A stretch of DNA of 64,000 bases from Podarcis erhardii (lineage: Eukaryota): NCBI GenBank assembly GCA_964252035.1, contig OZ176208.1, one strand, 5' to 3'. Below the pieces are notes generated by a model. The model searched no databases, was not told where the DNA came from, and saw only the letters and a program-made list of their open reading frames with translations. Position numbers and translations under genes: made by a program. The stretch's first letter is position 1; every line of letters begins with the position of its first letter. This document shows positions 36,666 through 49,108 of the stretch, one piece after another.

Positions 36666-39600
36666 GATTTAATAACACTGAATAGCTCTCCATTCTCTAG
36701 TTTCTGCCCAGTTTGCTGTTCTGAGCTGGAACCCTGGCTCAGTGGTAGGGCACATTCCTTGCATGCAAAAAGTGCCATTCCTGCCATCACTAAAAAAATA
36801 AAACAATTGGGCTGCGTAAACAACAAACATTTAAATAACACGCCTTCACCAAAAGAATCCTGGTAACTTCAGTTTGTTAGGGGTGCTGTGCAGAGTGAAC
36901 TACACTTTCCAGAATTCTTTGGGGGAAGCCTTGTGCTTCAAATGTATGGTGTGTATGGAGCCAGTTGAGAAAATAATCTTGTTAAAAGAATCAGGTAGTA
37001 GCAGGTGGGTAAGAACTCTGAGAGCCTGTAGAGTTCCTGCCAATCAAAGTAGACAATATTGGGCTAGATGGACCAATTATATACTCCCTCCTGACTGGAA
37101 GGAGGAAAAGGAAAAAGCATAGCAGCAAATCACACAATGATGGAACATTCTCTTCTGCAGACAAGGAATGATCCTTTCTGTTTGTATTGGGAGTACAGGC
37201 ATCCTTCCATTTACATGGGGGTTACATTCCAGACTCATGTGTGCATAAGTGAAATCATGGGGAGCACCCTCTAAACACCCTATCTGCTGCTCTCTCTTCA
37301 ATCTGTACCAAAAATACTGTACCCAAAAATATCCACAACTAGAATCAAAGCTCTGGACCTGGCAGGAGGCTAGAGGATGTGGAGAGAAGCGGCTGCTACT
37401 GCTGTGCTACTGCACACACCAGCTGCTAGGTGGGGAGGCTGAGCAGCATAAAGAAAGCCCCGCTGTGCCTCTGGTCTCTTCGGGGCATCCTCCACCCTCA
37501 ATGACAGCCTCTTTAGGCTCCATGGAGGGTCTCCTCATGAGGCACGATATTTCTCCCACCATTTGGATTGCAAAAAGTTGGATTACAAAAAGGGGAATAG
37601 ACACTGGAAGTTTTTAACCATGAGCCTTCAGCACTGCACCCAGAGGAGCAGGGTTTTTTGCCTATGTTTGGATATAATTTGATTCTATTTTGAATCAAGA
37701 TGCACAGATTTTAACCAAAATTGACAGTTTCGAATGCTATAGTGTACCCAACAGCATTGGAATGAAAATATGTATTTTTAAAACACATTAGATTACCCAT
37801 TTATAAATATCATTATTTTCTTTGTTTCTAAGAATTCCAGAGCAATGTCAGGTACTCTTTACTTGCTTAGGAATAGTTTCCTGGGATAGGACATATGGCA
37901 GCATAATGTACACTTGGTACCCAGAGTGGGGGGAAGTGTCAGCAACATGCAAGCTTTGCCCTTTAGAAATGGAGGTAGGTTGGTCCACCAGATCCACACT
38001 TGAGAAATGCTAGGTAATTTCTATAATTTAACATGTTGTATTTCTAACTTTCCATGACACAGACTGATCATCAGTTTCCTGAGCTGGTCAGGTCTGCATT
38101 CCCAAGTAATAAAAAGTTGCATTTTCCTGGGTACATCGTGTGCCTTTCTGTTCTCCTTCCTTCCAGCATCCCTTTAAGTATAATAACTTACAAGATCACA
38201 GACCTCTAAAAGTGATTTGTGTTCCCAGCCCTCAGCTATGTTTTTGATCACTGAACAAATCTGGGTTCTAACTGAGCATCCCCAGTTAAATGTTTTATAA
38301 TCAGGCTGGACCTAGGCTCAGCGCTGTAACTTATGAGCATGTCAAGACTCTCGACACTTGATTCATGCAAGTAAGGAGGATTTATGCCAAATGGCTGAAA
38401 CATAGATCAGCTCAAGCAGTGATGAGAAACATTTGGCCTGCAGGGAAGACTCCGACAGACTCCGCAGAGAAAGTAATATGAATCTAATATTGGTCTGAAT
38501 GAAGGACCAGAATACATTTGCTGATGGCATTACAGAAGGACAATCTGGGAGTACATGTGGAGTTTTTAAAAGGCTGAACTTGAATGAAGAAAGCATGTCA
38601 TGATTTGAAACTTAGTGACATCAGGGGGCAAGATGAGGCTGAGTAAGAAGGGGCGGAATGCCCCTTGATACTTCCTCGGGAGTCCATGGGTTTCCTCAGT
38701 TGCTCCTTCTGTAACCAGCTTGATAGGGCAAATTCACACCGTACATTTAAAGTATTTCCAATGCACATTTAAAACACATGACTCCCTGGATTCCCACAAG
38801 AATCATGGGAACTGTAGTTGCTAAGGGTGCAAGGACCTGTGGCTCTGTGAGGGTGAAACTATAGTTCTCATGATTCTTTGGGGGAAATGATGGGAGTTGA
38901 ATATGCTTTAAATGGATAGTGTCCTCACTATCTTCCTTCCCAAGGAGTTAGCAGTTGTCTAAATTAACATATTATTTATTTACTGTAAGAGCTTTTATAT
39001 TCAATCATTTCCCCAGGGCTTTTAAGAAAAAGAACAAAAATAAATGATAGTATTTTTAAAAAAGCTAAAAGCCACAAAATTATATATGCAACATAAAACA
39101 GTCGGTAGGATTTACATTGTCGCTTAAAAGCTCATGAAAACCAAGGTGTATTTGCTTTGGTGTCAAAAGGATAATAAAGTACATGCCTGCTACAACTCTT
39201 GGCTGTGGGAAGCATTTCACAATTGGGGTGCTACCAGTGAGAAGGCACTGCTATCTGATAATCACCCTTCTCATCTCAGATCATGGGGGCACCTCTACTG
39301 AAAATCTTAATGTAATTTTTGGTAGGTACAAATGGAGACAGGTGCTCTTTCCATGTACCAGGCTCCTAAGTTGTGTGTGTGATCAGCACTATGTCTTCCT
39401 CTTGCTCCTCTTTATTAGTAGGAAATCAACCCTATTTAAGGAAACCATTGTTTGGGGATTCTTAGGTGGTCTCACCAAAAGAAGGGCACAGATTTGCATA
39501 AAATCTATATCTACAGATGAAAATATAGAAATAATTACTTTAATTCCTCTATGTGGATGAACCCTAACATGACTTCCCTCTGGAAGTTGCATCTCACCAT

Positions 39601-40571
39601 AGTGGAGAAGACTGGAGCCAACTTCAGGGGGCTGTGCATGTTTGGGCACCCACAATAATATAATTGTGGGGGCCGGGCACCCACAAAGTCAATGGAAATA
39701 GCCAGGAGAGAAGCATTTGAGTTCTGTCCTCTGCAGCCAGTGAGCAAGGCATCCTTTTCTGGGGGGTGGGGCTTGGGCATAAGTCCCTCCCCACAGAAAA
39801 GGGTGCCTCACTGGCTGTGTGACATCTCATGCACTATGTGCACGCATGAGTGTGTGACGTCGCACAGGTGAGTGGCAGGCACCCACAATCCTGAGGGTGA
39901 GAAGACACCCCTGCTGTGAGCAGGTGACCTGTTTGTCTGCTCAGTCCAGATACAAACTTATTATTGATGGGCCGCTTTAGGGCTCCTGCTCATTCTTCAT
40001 CTCATTTCTTATCTTTATACTGATTTGGGATTAGATATCCCTTCAAATAGTGGGCTGTCTTCTGTAGTGTAGAACACATGGGTATTCTAGGTGCCATAAG
40101 CACAGCTAAATGCTAAGTAGTCCTACTCGTGCTATGACCTCGCATGAGGAGAAAAGAATCCCCAAACAATGACTCCATTGCCTAAACAAAATAAAAAAAT
40201 TCCTTCCAGTAGCACCTTGGAGACCAACTAAGTTTGTTATTGGTATGAGCTTTTGTGTGCATGCACACTTCTTCATATACTAATGACTCCATTGATCATT
40301 CTGGGGAACCCCAGTAACTGACTCCTCTCAATATTACTCCTCAAGAGGCCCACTTGAATCTTTAAAAAGCAATTCAAGGATTGTGCTTAATTCTACATTT
40401 CAGATAACATGCAGGTTACATCTCACATGGTGACATGTGAGTTACTTTCATTAGAGAGTGACAGAAATGGGCTCACAACACAGAATTCATATGCAAATGC
40501 GTCTTGTTGCATCTTGTTGCATCTTGTAGCATAACATCAGCACCATTCTAAAACCAATGAATATAGTCCCA

Positions 40572-40771
40572 NNNNNNNNNNNNNNNNNNNNNNNNNNNNN
40601 NNNNNNNNNNNNNNNNNNNNNNNNNNNNNNNNNNNNNNNNNNNNNNNNNNNNNNNNNNNNNNNNNNNNNNNNNNNNNNNNNNNNNNNNNNNNNNNNNNNN
40701 NNNNNNNNNNNNNNNNNNNNNNNNNNNNNNNNNNNNNNNNNNNNNNNNNNNNNNNNNNNNNNNNNNNNNNN
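40572..40771. other. Assembly gap (200 N)
   Basis: Run of N. A round length suggests a fixed-size placeholder. Confidence 0.99.
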
Positions 40772-41503
40772 CCAAGAGCACATTATAGTCATTGGCATTG
40801 AACAATGTGGGAGGGGCCTGAATGTATTATCCAACCACATGGCTTTACCCTTTTACTGGAGCGAAGCTGCTTTATCATTAGTCAGAGTGAGATGATCACC
40901 TCATTACCAGCAGTGAATTAAGGTCCAACTGCTTATCTGGTTAACTTTTGTACGCAGAATGGGTGGAGATACCATCTAAACCTTTGGCTCAGGCAGCAAA
41001 ATGTTGTGGGCAGCTGAGGTGAACCACAAAATGGTGCTCTCCCTCACCTCTAGGCCAGGGAAGAATTATTAGTAGTGGTTGTAGTAGCATTAATAGTATA
41101 TTTTTTATACGACCTGTCATCTAAAGATCATAGGGTGGTTCACAAGATAAAAACACGAGATAAAAGCACAAAGAAATAGTTAAAACAAAACATTAACATC
41201 AAGAACAAGGAGGGAGTGAAGATCTACATCAGGAAAGAGTATTATGGGTGGGGGGGATGGAGAAGACCAGCAGTGCCTCTTCTTCACTGAGAGGTCACTG
41301 TGGAGGCAGCATTGTGGAGGGCAGCAGATCTGGCCTCCAAGGAGCACATGGAGTGGGTAGCAGCAGTGGGTGATGCATTGCTTAGGTCCTGCTGCCTGAG
41401 ATCGTTGCTTTACCTTGCCTCATGGGTGGCTGGCCCTGCCTGAAAGCATTGTTGGGACGCAACCAGGATATCTCTCTCTATTTGCATTATTTGTTCATCA
41501 TCA

Positions 41504-41808
41504 TCCATTCTTAAGGAAATCAGCCCTGCGTGCTCACTGGAAGGACAGATCCTGAAGCTGAGGCTCCAATACTTTGGCCATCTCATGAGAAGAGAAGACT
41601 CCCTGGAAAAGACCCTGATGCTGGGAAAGATTGAGGACACAAGGAGAAGTGGACGACAGAGGACGAGATGATTGGACAGTGTTCTCAAAGCTACAAACAT
41701 GAGTTTGACCAAACTGTGGGAGGCAGTGGAAGACAGGAGTGCCTGGCGTGCTCTGGTCCATGGGGTCACAAAGAGTTGGACATGACTAAACGACTAAACA
41801 ACAACAAC
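41504..41808 (+). mobile_element. BovB 5'-truncated 3' fragment
   Basis: BovB 3' end with an (AAC)n tail and a perfect 11-bp TSD GTTCATCATCA (41493-41503 / 41809-41819). Confidence 0.93.
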
Positions 41809-43272
41809 GTTCATCATCACACTGTTTTCATTGACTGTTTCCTAAGGTGTTAAAGGCAGAGGAAGGAGGAGTGGGCAGGAATAAAAAGTATGGCACATAT
41901 TTATGTTGTTAAGGATTTGAGAGGGGAAAGGGTCTCTCTAGTGTGACAATTTTCCTACTGAGGAAAATGGCGACCTAAGACAATGGCAGAAGTTTGAGTA
42001 AAGCAGGAGTGGAGGGTCACAGAGGGGGAAAGTGGTGGTTTTTACAGACAGTGAGTTTAGCTATGCTGGAGGAAACCATTCTAAGTTCCATTAAGTGGAA
42101 ATTTTAAAAAAACAAAAATAACAAAATAACAAAAAAAAGCTTCGCTTAAATTTGCCAGCAATTCTAGATTAATCAGCAAAGATTTGGATTTCTACCAACT
42201 GTTCTTCATATCGCATGAGAGCATAGGTGAAGGTACCAGTAAGAAATGCAAAATGATTGCAAACCCAATACTAAGGGAGAAGATATCAAAATGAAAAACC
42301 ATGCATTGCATTCTAAACAAGCACTGGAGATGGACTGGAGAATATCTGGCTTTGTAAAGCAGACCCACAAAAGTTTGAGGAAGCAGTTAACTTGATTTAG
42401 TGCCACTGAGAGATCAATCTGTTCTAATGTATTATTCTGTCACTGTAGATTGGTGGATTGATCACATTTTGACTGGTGCAGCACCTTACTTGCCAACAAA
42501 CACAGGCTAATCTGTCCACTTGGTTTCAACGGAGTACAGTCAGTAGGCACTAACTAGGTCTGATCAATACCAGCCTCAGAGCCTTCCCCCCCCCCACGCC
42601 AAGTAGAACTATTCAGTGCTAATTACATTTTCTGATGTAATTGTTAGAAGTAAAGTAAAATGACAGTTCAATGGCAACAGAATTCAGTAGTGATGGCTCA
42701 AATAGTACACCGTGGTCGAGGACCTATTCTGGCTCTGACTTACCTGGCAGACTGTGATAGTGATTTCATTTAGAAATCACTTTTGATAGACTGCTGTAGA
42801 ACAGGAAAAAGTGATTGTTACCAAGGGGAAGTCTAGGGGGTGGTTCACAGAATTAAGCATGCCCTACAGTTCTTTTTGTTTGACAAAGATCAGTTCAGAC
42901 ACTTGTAATTTATCATTATCAGTCACTGGGTTTATTACTGAGTGAATATATTGCATGCATAACATAAGGAGACACCCATTCCCACCACCCTTCTGAGTAA
43001 TACCCCTCCCCACCTTCTCACTATATAGAAAGGTCCGGTGACTTCTGTTTCAGTGTATCTGAAGAAGTGTGCATGCACACGAAAGCTCATACCTAGAACT
43101 AACTCAGTTGGTCTTTAAGGTGCTACTGGAAGGAATTTTTTTATTTTGTTTTGACCATGGCAGACCAACACGGCTACCTATCTGTATAAGGAGAAAAGGA
43201 GGCAGGCTTACTGAGAAAAGACCCCTTCATCATCATACTACAACCATCTTTTAAAATATGAAGATATATATC

Positions 43273-43391
43273 AGGTAGAGCAATGCGTCAGTGCTTCTGG
43301 CTGTTAACCAGAAGGCTGGTGGTTAAAGCCCACCCAGGGATGGATGGACAGACTAAATGACCCTTGTGGGTTTTTCCAACTCTATGATTCT
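43273..43391 (+). mobile_element. tRNA-Asn-headed SINE-like element with CR1 3' tail
   Basis: GAGCAATGCGTCAGTGCTTCTGGCTGTTAACCAGAAGGCTGGTGGTTAAAGCCCACCCAGGGA resembles vertebrate tRNA-Asn(GTT). It is followed by GACTAAATGACCCTTGTGGG..TTCCAACTCTATGATTCT, the CR1 tail. Confidence 0.72.
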
Positions 43392-45031
43392 TACACTTAA
43401 ATAAAAACACCAACTTACTGTTTTGTTTGCAACCCCCCCCAAAAAAACAACAACAACAACAACAACAACATTAAAAATGATGCACTTTATGTTGCGGATT
43501 AGTTTCACCTACATTAAATCAATGAATCCCAGAGTTGTCCAGGGCTAAAAGACCATTAATTCAATCTTATCCTACAGAGCACAGAATTCCACCCTTATGT
43601 TGGTTTATACACATAGTCTAAGTCAGAGAGCCCTATAGTCCAAGAGTACAGGCCCTATATAATGGTGCAATGGGACCAAGCAGATAGCAATGATTCAAGC
43701 AAGTGAAACAAAAATATACAGTGGAGTTAGCCATGTTCCTGGTGATCAGTGATCAGACAGAGACACGCTATCAGCAAAACTCACCTACCAAGTCATCTGG
43801 AGAGAATTTTTACTTGGAATAAACCTACACCACCTGATATCCATAATAAAGGAGAAGCAAAAGATGAAGAGGAATTAATGATTGTTATTGTGGGATCTAT
43901 CCTACTACTTAAGCCAGGCGTGGAGAACCTACAGCCTTCTGGATGTTGTTGGACTCCGTCAGCTCCATTCAGCGTGGACAATGATCAAGGATTATGGCAG
44001 TTGAAGTAGAACACCTGAAGGGCTACTGGGTCCCCAAATCCCCTGATCTAGGAAATGTTAGGGACTGGACTTTGGCTTTCCAGTAGGAAAGGCTTTGCAA
44101 CTTGCCTCCATTGAGCTACAGCTCCTGGTCCCCAACTCTATGTTCTTTTTTACCAACCAGATTTTTCTATAAAAACCTTCACATGATCTATACCCAGCTT
44201 AAAAATAACATCACACTTCTTGTTTACTTGTCATCTTATTTTTCAGACGCACAACCCCATAAAATGAATTTTCCTTGCATTACTATAAATCACATATTAA
44301 TAAGTAATATCACAGTGAAGTAGAATTAATCATCTTCAGTATTAAGCTGCAATTAATATTAGAGGACTTGATCAGCTCAAACATTCAAAATTCGGCTAGC
44401 TACCTGTAAGCCTGAGTAGTGTCCAATGAATGATTTAGCACTTGGTGAAATCTTTTCTAAATCACCTTTGCATGTAATGAAATTGAAATGTACCCTATTC
44501 AAAGGAGAGAAATAATCATTAATTCCTCAACAGTTGCTGAGAGGAGATCAACAACTGCCACTGCATTTAGGTTCTACTTGTTTTCATGACTATATTGCAA
44601 TTTGAGGACATAAGGAGAGGCAAATCTATCAAATGTATAGTGGTGCATCTGGCATTTCAATTAAAAGATGGATTCAGTTGAGCTACAGTAAAAAGGGTAG
44701 GGGGAGTCCCAGATAACTTTAAGGGAATGTCCACATAACAGCTTCATGTTACTGGTTTTAAGATTTTACACTAAGCTGGAAGGGCAAGAGGCAGAATCTA
44801 TAAAAAGGAGACACTAATGTCTGGGGCGTGGGTAGAGGTTATTTTGTATTTAGTGTTTAGTATTAAGTGATATACAAATAGTTCAAATAAATAAATAAAT
44901 ATAAATAAATAACAACATTCTCCTGCCCAAGCAGCTCTCCTTGTGTGCTTTCTGGTTTCATGATTGATGTACTTGCAGCATGCCTTGAGAACATCAGTGC
45001 CTGAAAATTACAGTTTACTATAAGCCTTTAG

Positions 45032-45398
45032 GGGATGCGGGTGGCGCTGTGGTTTAAACCACTGCGCTGCATGGACCTGCTGATCAGAAGGTCAGCGTTT
45101 TGAGGCCCCGCGATAGGGTGAGCTCCCGTTGTTCGTCCCTGCTCCTGCCAACCTAGCATTTCAAAAGCATGTAGTGCATGTAGATAAATAGGTACCGCTC
45201 TGGCGGGAAGGTAAACGGTGTTTCCGTGCGCTGCTCTGGTTCGCCAGAAGCGGCTTAGTCATTCTGGCCACATGACCCAGAAGCTGTTTTCATGCGCTGC
45301 TCTCGCTTCGCCAGAAGCAGCTTAGTCATGCTGGCCACATGACCCAGAAAAACTGTCTGCGGAAGAGGACAAACGCCGGCTCCCTCAGCCTGTAAAGC
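45032..45398 (+). mobile_element. Sauria SINE with internal tandem duplication, 3'-truncated
   Basis: Head GGGATGCGGGTGGCGCTG. A segment is duplicated at 45227 and 45293 (66-bp period). No ACCTTT tail. Confidence 0.85.
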
Positions 45399-46745
45399 AT
45401 TCTGTCCTTGTACAATCATGGACTCACCATGCAAAGAACAAAAGTCCCCAAAGCATGTGCTATACATAAGACACAAAAACAGGAAGATATTTTACTTGCT
45501 AAAGATATTTCCGGATGCAATGTCACTTTAACAGTTTGGGCTTGAGATGCAATTTGTAATTTACAATACTTCAGTGCAATCCTATGCATGCAGAGCTGGC
45601 TCTGCCATTAGACAGGCTGGGGCAGGCTTAGGCGGCAGAAGCTTCCAAGCTGGCCAAAATCACAGGAGATCTTGTGGAGATCTTGCCCAAAATTAGTGCC
45701 TATGCTGGTGCCGCTTCTCGGACAGCAGTGGAGGCAGAAGGGAAGACAGCAAAACAGTGCTGGGAGCAGCAGTTATGGCAGCACCAGCGGCAGTGGCAGG
45801 GTAGGGCATGGCATGGCATGGCAGCACTTCCCATTTTGCCCCAAGCAATGAAATGGGGTGCACCTTCCCTTTATGCACAATTACTTGGAAGCAAAGACCA
45901 ACCACTAAGTTAATGGGGCTTACTCCCAGGCAACGTGGCACAGGATTGCAGCCTTACTGTATATTTAGATTCCATTCATGTTCTACTCTCATACCCAAGA
46001 GTAAGTTAATTCTGCTTAATAGAATTTACTTGCATGTAAGCATATTTCTCTAGTTTTGTATGTCTCACATTCTGAATTGAAATTGAACTGCTCATGGAAT
46101 GAGTTCAGCTAGTTTATATTTATGGTTGTAAAAACAGACTACATTTATCTAAACCACTGTACTTGAAACCCACTGAGCTTTGACATTTTCTTTTTTTAAA
46201 AAAATAATATTTATTACTTTTAGAACTTACAAAAAGGAAAAAGAAGAAAAAGAAAACAACAACAAAAACAACAAAAAAGGAAAAAAACAATACAATACAA
46301 TATATAATATAAACAATACAAAACACAACATTAACCTAAACAAAACAAAACAAAACAAAAACAATTTAAAAACATACATTGTACCATTTCAGTAGTCTTT
46401 ATTTCATACCCTTGTTTTATCAACCTCCTCTCACCTCCCTTTTTGTATTCCACTTCTATTAATTATTTCAGCAATTCCTTTCCATCTTTCTCTATTTTCT
46501 GTCATATAAATATCTTAACTTATTTTTACCCTTATTTTCCATTAATACTATAATGATTATTTATGCTTAACTATGCTTTCAACTAAAGCCATAAGATTTC
46601 ATTCCAACATTTTTCTAACACTCAGTAATTTTACAATATTTCTATTTCTGAAAATAAACTTTAAAACTTTTTTCCAATCTTCTTCCACCATCTCTTCTCC
46701 CTGGTCTCGGATACTGCCAGTCATTCGTCAATTTCAAATAGTCCA

Positions 46746-47461
46746 TCAACCTGGTGATCTTCTGTCCGAGGCTCTTAACTCTTTTCCAACTCCCTTCTGT
46801 AGGTCCTCTTCATAATTATACATGCACTTTACTTTGTCTTCTACTGATCTTGTTCTTATTTTCCTTCCTTCGATACTGAAGAGCAGATCTCGGGGAAGCT
46901 CCAACCTAGCAATGCTTTTATTCCTTCTCGACAGGTCAACCAAATCTCCATGGTTAAATCTAAAATCCATAAGATATTTCAGGACATGTTTCAAAATTCC
47001 TCCAAATCCAAAGGCCCCCACAGCTCCAATCTCCTCATGACCCAAGTCCAAATCCCAAAAGTCAGTAAATCCCTGCATGAAGGGATCTGTCCAACTTTCC
47101 TTCTCCAGTCCAGGCAGGGCTCCGATCCTCAAAATCTGACTTTTTCTAAAATCAATCATAAAAGGCCTCAACTTATAGTCCTCAATTTGCCTCTGTAAGG
47201 CTGGGACTCCCACTTGTATTACTTTAGGTTCAACAACAGCAACTTTCTCCTTCGCCTTCTCAACAATTTGCCCTGTCAAAGTAGATTCCTGTATCAGATC
47301 CTGAATAATTTCTGTATTGATAGCCACTTTTTGTCCCAAGTTAGTCACTTTTTGTCCCAAGTTATCATTTTAGTAGTCATGACATCTGTCTTCTTGTGGA
47401 GTTGTTCCAACGAGTGACTTATCTTGCATAATGCAATCACTAAAGCTTCTTCTGTCGACAT
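46746..47461 (-). pseudogene. L1 ORF1p-like frame (coiled coil plus degenerate RRM start), one 1-nt frameshift near 47367
   Basis: ATG at 47461 gives MSTEEALVIALCKISHSLEQLHKKTDVMTTK, then shifts into DNLGQKVTNLGQKVAINTEIIQDL. FRKSQILRIGALPGLEKE resembles the L1 ORF1 'RRxNLRIxGLPE' motif. About 238 aa if repaired. Confidence 0.62.
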
Positions 47462-48049
47462 TCTCAAATAGTCCAAGGTCAATCCCTGATTCTCACAGTC
47501 TATTATCTTGCAGCTGGTTCCCCCAGCTCAGCTCTTATAACAGTTTCAAAAGCTCCCTCTAGAGGGAAACAGTTTCTATTTGTGTCAATCCTTTTAAGCA
47601 CAGTTCAAACAGTAAATGTAGTTTCAATTTTCAGTTAATTTTCCTCCTTTTTAAATGCAGAAGAGGACAATGGAAACAATATATCTCTCTTATTTAGCTA
47701 ACTGTCAAGATACGTTCTATTCACAGCCAATGAACTTCAAAACGTCAATCTTACTGGCAGCGCCTTTCCAGGTTCAGAGCGGTGGTGATTTAATTTTCAT
47801 CACTCTCTCCTGCAGGCTTGCACGATCCAAAATTTCCCCCCTCTTCTCCTACTTCCAAGGGGGGTTTAATAGTTTTAATCGATGGAAGTTTAATCCTTTG
47901 CAGAAGACTTCCCAAGACCTTAGCTTGCAGCGTCTTTGCTTCAATCTATTTACAAAAGGGGAAGGCGGACTTCCTGTTTAAAACCTTCCCGTTTCGGTGC
48001 CAAATTAAGACATTTATAGATCCAATTTTCCGTTCTACTCATGGGTAGT

Positions 48050-48367
48050 TGTTTAAAATCGAATTGTCCACAGGAAAAAGTCAGCGCTCTCCGGCAACAG
48101 CAATGCGGCTTCACTCCGTGAAAGAAGCAATCAATTCGAAGCACCATGCCGCTCACCCCACGTCGCTCCGGATCCCCGAAACCGGGTCTCCCCGCGAGTA
48201 GGGGAGGCGCAAAAGGTGCCAGCTGAATCCCAGGTTCACAGGCTTCTCCTGCCTGTGATTTTTAGTGGGTCTCCGCCTTCGCCGTGGAGGCCAGAACCTG
48301 TTTCCACGGACTAAATTCCTCCTGATCAGAGGAATTCCGCCATTGCCAGAGGCGCTAACCCGGAAGT
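48050..48367 (-). promoter_or_regulatory. L1-type internal Pol II promoter region (CpG-rich 5' UTR)
   Basis: High CpG density compared with the rest of the window. ETS-like ACTTCCGG forms the first bases and a YY1-like AATGGCGG lies at 48337-48344 (minus strand). Confidence 0.55.
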
Positions 48368-48752
48368 CTGAGCTTTGACATTTTCAGTGTATCTCACTGG
48401 AAATACAAAAGGACCAATTTATATGGTGTTCCAGTTTAGCGGGGAAAATCGAAGCTTCATCTTTCAGTACTACTGAATCGAGGAATGATTTTCTTTCTTC
48501 ATGCTGACCTGAGTCGGAATAAGGAGGACTTCTTTTGAGTCTCATGGCCCCTCTTATGTTAGAATACAATCTTGTGTAGCCAGTTGACAATGGGCACAGT
48601 CTAGAGATAGTTAGACTTGTGCAACACTACAGCTACTGTATCATTGTCACCAAGACGGCAAGCTGTTTAGATTCTTTCTTACATTAGAAGTCATTTGTGT
48701 GAAGCAACTGACACATGATTTGCCCTAGTTTTAACAATTCTAGTAAATACCT

Positions 48753-49108
48753 GTTGTTGTTTAGTCATTTAGTCGTGTCCAACTCTTCGTGACCCCATGG
48801 ACCAGAGCACGCCAGGCACTCCTGTCTTCCACTGCCTCCCGCAATTTGGTCAAACTCATGCTGGTAGCTTCGAGAACACTATCCAACCATCTCGTCCTCT
48901 GTCGTCCCCTTCTCCTTGTGCCCTCCATCTTTCCCAACATTAGGGTCTTTTTCAGGGAGTCTTCTCTTCTCATGAGGTGGCCAAAGTATTGGAGCCTCAG
49001 CTTCACAATCTGTCCTTCCAGTGAGCACTCAGGGCTGATTTCCTTAAGAATGGATAGGTTTGATCTTCTTGCAGTCCATGGGACTCTCAAGAGTCTCCTC
49101 CAGCACCA
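48753..49108 (-). mobile_element. BovB 5'-truncated 3' fragment
   Basis: Reverse-strand BovB 3' end with a (GTT)n tail and TSD TAAATACCT (48744-48752 / 49109-49117). Confidence 0.93.

Larger units (their letters stand above)
46191..48367 (-). mobile_element. Non-autonomous L1-derived retroelement (HAL1-like), 2177 bp
   Basis: Perfect 18-bp TSD CTGAGCTTTGACATTTTC (46173-46190 / 48368-48385). It has a CpG-rich 5' end starting ACTTCCGG, an ORF1-like frame and an ORF2 terminal remnant (LMDYL..EEMVEEDWKK). The 3' UTR ends with AATAAA and a short A tail. Confidence 0.85.

Noticed and set aside
38380-38610. Coding-looking stretch (SSSSDEKHLACREDSDRLRRES; MKDQNTFADGITEGQ)
   Set aside because: The frames are short and interrupted by stops, with no clear splice sites and no recognisable protein.
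40487-40895. ORFs spanning the N run
   Set aside because: They are artefacts of translating through an assembly gap.
46120-46395. Lys/Asn-rich and Phe/Val-rich ORFs
   Set aside because: They come from the low-complexity A-rich 3' UTR of the L1-derived element.
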